Positions 17,236 to 20,000 of a DNA stretch of 20,000 nt are shown here, piece after piece; position 1 is the stretch's first letter; each line of letters opens with the position of its first letter. The notes under the pieces were generated by a model. The model made no database searches. It had not been told where the DNA came from and saw only the letters and a program-made list of their open reading frames with translations. The position numbers and the translations under genes were made by a program. The stretch lies in IMG/VR virus record IMGVR_UViG_3300032931_000857; one strand, 5' to 3'. This stretch comes from an uncultured virus (IMG/VR IMGVR_UViG_3300032931_000857) (Duplodnaviria > Heunggongvirae > Uroviricota > Caudoviricetes).

Positions 17236-18413
17236 TTGAGAGTTCCTATCAATATTTATGTACTTAACAAAAGAGGTGAACCTCTTATGCCATGTTCACC
17301 AAGAAAAGCAAGAATTTTGCTTAAAGAGGGTAAAGCAAAAGTAAAAAAGAACTATCCACTTGTTATTCAATTGATACAAGCGACAGGTGAGCAAATACAA
17401 GAATGTTCTCTTGGTATTGATTCTGGTTATAAAAATGTAGGTTTTTCAGTAATTACTGATAAAAAAGAAATAGTTGCTGGAGAGTTGATTCTTGATCAGA
17501 AAACTTCTGAAAGATTAACAGAAAAAAAGATGTACCGTCGTGGTCGAAGAAATAAATTATGGTATAGAAAGCCACGATTTAATAATCGAAAGAAATCAGA
17601 AGGATGGTTGCCTCCATCAGTTCAAAGAAAGTTTGATACTCATATTTCATTGATTGATAAATTTAAAAAACTTCTTCCTATTAAAAATGTTATAGTAGAA
17701 GTTGGTAATTTTGATATTCAAAAAATTAATAACCCTGAGATAGAAGGAGCTGAATATCAGCAAGGAGATATGTTTGGTTATCAAAACATGAGAAGCTTTC
17801 TTATGGCTAGAGAAAGTGGTAAGTGTCAGTTATGTGGTAAAAAGTCTTCTAAAGGTAACGGATTTCATATTCATCATATTATATCAATAAGTAATGGTGG
17901 AACTGATTCTCAGAAAAACTTAGCTTTACTTCATAATAAGTGTCATAATAAGTTACATAAAAAAAGTTTGTATAATTTATTAATAAGAATAAAATATATA
18001 AAGAATCCATTTTTATGAATATTATAAAAAGTAAGTTTCAAAAACTTAGTTTTAATTTGATGTATGGATATGAAACTTATATTAAAAGAAGTATTTTGAA
18101 ATTAGAGAAAACCCATTATAATGATGCTTTTGTTGTTGCAAATGGTACTAATCAAATTAAAGTTCAACCAATTATCTTAAGACAAAAGCATAGAAATAAT
18201 AGAGTATTACAATTGAATAGAAAAGGTTTTAAACCATCAATCCGTAGACAAAGATATTCCATACAGCCCGGTGATTTAATAGTTGTAAAGAATAAGAGAT
18301 ATACAGTTAAAGGGTGTTTTAATTTAGGTATGTGGGTATTATGTGTGGGAAAGAATTTTAATATTAAGAAGGTGGATAAAGTGTTTCACACAGGATCGAT
18401 TTATTTAACATAA
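17236..18413 (+). pseudogene. iscB: RNA-guided endonuclease IscB, split by a 1-nt frameshift near 17982 into 17236-18018 and 18015-18413
   Basis: PLMP motif, RuvC-I LGIDSG, Arg-rich bridge helix RRGRRNKLWYRKPRF, RuvC-II VEVGNFD and HNH (CQLCG..HIHHII..GGTD..NL..LH..CH..LH) in the first ORF; RuvC-III THYNDA in the second. The second frame is open from 17976 (FINKNKIYKESIFMNIIK). Confidence 0.9.
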
Positions 18414-18476
18414 TAATGGCTCAATTCATCCCCGACCACAAGGGTCTGGGTTTTTTCTCGCAAGGATTATAAAAAA

Positions 18477-18836
18477 ATGAATGAATTAAAATGTATTTAT
18501 AATCATGAAAAAATTAATTACAGTTTTTGTTTAGTATGCGCTATGGATTTAAATATGGAAAATCTTTCTAATTTAGTAGATTTTAGTGTAGAAAAATTAA
18601 TAAATTTTATTGAAGAGAGTAATAATATTACAATTCCTTATTTAAATAATGATATTGAAAAAGAAATATTCTTTATGAAAAAAACAATAATTTCAATTGA
18701 AAAAATACTTAAAATGGATAAAAATGAATTGGAAAATTTAAAAATTTGTTTAGGAAATATTTTTTGTTTTAAAATTTTTAAAGAAAAATTTAATAAAAAA
18801 CTTAATGAATTAAATTTTAAAAAAATTTATAGCTAA
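18477..18836 (+). CDS. Hypothetical protein (119 aa), possibly the C-terminal part of the gene split by the IscB element
   Basis: ORF track; N-terminal C..H......C..C pattern. Confidence 0.65.
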   Translation: MNELKCIYNHEKINYSFCLVCAMDLNMENLSNLVDFSVEKLINFIEESNNITIPYLNNDIEKEIFFMKKTIISIEKILKMDKNELENLKICLGNIFCFKIFKEKFNKKLNELNFKKIYS

Positions 18837-18852
18837 TTTAGAAGGGAAATTC

Positions 18853-19140
18853 ATGGAAAAAATAAATATCTACAATCCAGAATTAAAGTATTTTCTTATT
18901 GTTATTAAAGAAATAAATGGAGAGCAAGAATCATATAATGATATTATTGTTCAGGCTGATGATATTAATGATGCTGAAAAAAAAGCAGATAAAATTTCTC
19001 ATGAATGGTTTGAAGGGGATACGTATTATCAACAAACAGATAGTGATTATATTGAATATGAATCTGGTATTTTGATAAAAGTTGATAGTATAAAAGAGAT
19101 AAATCCGATTGAATTTTTTGAAAGACATATTTTTATGTAA
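18853..19140 (+). CDS. Acidic hypothetical protein (95 aa)
   Basis: ORF with GAAGGG upstream. Confidence 0.7.
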   Translation: MEKINIYNPELKYFLIVIKEINGEQESYNDIIVQADDINDAEKKADKISHEWFEGDTYYQQTDSDYIEYESGILIKVDSIKEINPIEFFERHIFM

Positions 19141-19211
19141 TGTTATTGATTGAATTTTATTGGAATAATAATAGTGTATAGTTTAATCATTTAATCAAAG
19201 AAGGGGTTTGT

Positions 19212-19937
19212 ATGCAAGAGAATGATAGGTTAATTCAGGATTTCTATGGAAGGCAGACTAAAGAAGATGTTGAAAAAATAAGTACATCTTTTAGTATCGC
19301 CAGCTCGACACAAAATGTTCGTCTTACAATTTCAGGTAAGTACAGAATGAGAGTTAAAAACTTTATTGCTCTAAAAAATGAGCAATTGATTATTTATCCA
19401 AAGTTATACGTGTCACCCAAGAAAGGTTCACTTATTTTAACTATAATGTTAGAAACTGTTGATTATACAGATAAAGTTTTGCAGGGATCCACTATTTTAC
19501 ATAATCTTGCTTTAGTTCCAAGAGAAGGTTCGTCAAAGGAATTGTATTTAAATACGGCAAGGATGGTAAAACCTCAACTGTTTGCTTTAACTGGATGTAA
19601 GGATTTGGATTTATCTAATCCTCAAAAAACTATTAAAGAATTAACATTTTCATATATAAATGAAAATGGAAAATTTACCATTACTAAAGATCACATTATG
19701 AAAAATGAAGTAATGGTAGATATTATTGATGGATGGTATAATAATGCTCCTAAAGTGCAAGTTAATGGAGGTTCTATTAGAATGGCATTAGCTAATGATA
19801 AGTCTCAGTCTAATACTGTTCCTATTAGTGTTGTTGATAAAGGTATGGATTTTCAGGAATCTGATATCGATCCAGTCATAGGGATTGGGCCTTCAGGGGT
19901 TGTTGATGATGATGTTATAGCAACAGAACCTTTTTAA
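19212..19937 (+). CDS. Putative phage single-stranded DNA-binding protein (DUF669-like)
   Basis: SGKYRMRV...KKGSLILTIMLE resembles the DUF669/SSB OB-fold pattern; low-complexity acidic tail ending DDDVIATEPF; SD AAGGGG. Confidence 0.55.
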   Translation: MQENDRLIQDFYGRQTKEDVEKISTSFSIASSTQNVRLTISGKYRMRVKNFIALKNEQLIIYPKLYVSPKKGSLILTIMLETVDYTDKVLQGSTILHNLALVPREGSSKELYLNTARMVKPQLFALTGCKDLDLSNPQKTIKELTFSYINENGKFTITKDHIMKNEVMVDIIDGWYNNAPKVQVNGGSIRMALANDKSQSNTVPISVVDKGMDFQESDIDPVIGIGPSGVVDDDVIATEPF

Positions 19938-19953
19938 ATTTTTGAAAGTGTTT

Positions 19954-19985
19954 GACTTCCCCACTTTAACGGTGGGGAGTCTTTT
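19954..19985 (+). terminator. Intrinsic terminator
   Basis: GACTTCCCCAC-TTTAACG-GTGGGGAGTC followed by TTTT, 16 nt after the stop codon. Confidence 0.85.
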
Positions 19986-20000
19986 AATTAAGAAAGGGAA

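Larger units (their letters stand above)
16979..18468 (+). mobile_element. Non-autonomous IS200/IS605-superfamily IscB (OMEGA) element
   Basis: Begins ATCAACTACCCC; matching subterminal hairpins CCCCGGACACAAGGGTCGGGG (16987-17007) and CCCCGACCACAAGGGTCTGGG (18430-18450), 18/21 identical; contains iscB; no tnpA. Exact ends are inferred. Confidence 0.85.

Noticed and set aside
17956..17975. A7G run as a programmed -1 frameshift site rescuing IscB
   Set aside because: A -1 slip there meets TAA at 17973-17975 in the new frame.
16979..18468. IStron (group I intron-IS chimera) interpretation of the gene-interrupting IscB element
   Set aside because: No room for, or motifs of, a group I intron core; the non-coding part is accounted for by the omegaRNA.
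9485..19128. Short minus-strand ORFs overlapping plus-strand genes (9485, 10033, 10740, 14567, 14716, 15843, 16314, 18931)
   Set aside because: Antisense to genes that have RBS or motif support, or in low-complexity AT-rich sequence.

Overview
AT-rich window that looks like part of a large dsDNA phage or similar element (inference: there are no host housekeeping genes, and a divergent RNA polymerase sits next to a baseplate-like gene). On the minus strand, one 2649-aa ORF encodes a fused beta-beta' multisubunit-type RNA polymerase, followed 2 nt later by a partial baseplate spike/hub-like gene. The polymerase is interrupted immediately after the catalytic DFDGD by a 536-aa LAGLIDADG intein with atypical splicing residues (Ser1, no block-B His, ...Gln-Asp/Thr+1). 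The intein coding sequence contains a near-consensus sigma70 promoter (TTGACA-17-TATATT), a GGAGGT ribosome-binding site and an in-frame ATG, suggesting a self-expressing intein/homing endonuclease. The plus strand carries small genes with hairpin terminators and a repeated ATAACTAT(A/T)AT motif, and a FISUMP-domain gene whose 3' end has the codon signature of a DGR variable repeat (no RT or TR in the window). It also carries a Zn-finger/TOPRIM primase-helicase followed by a ~780-bp AT-rich repeat region (candidate origin), a frameshifted IscB/omegaRNA element that appears to have split a Cys-rich gene, and an SSB-like gene. All calls come from reading motifs by eye; no searches were run.
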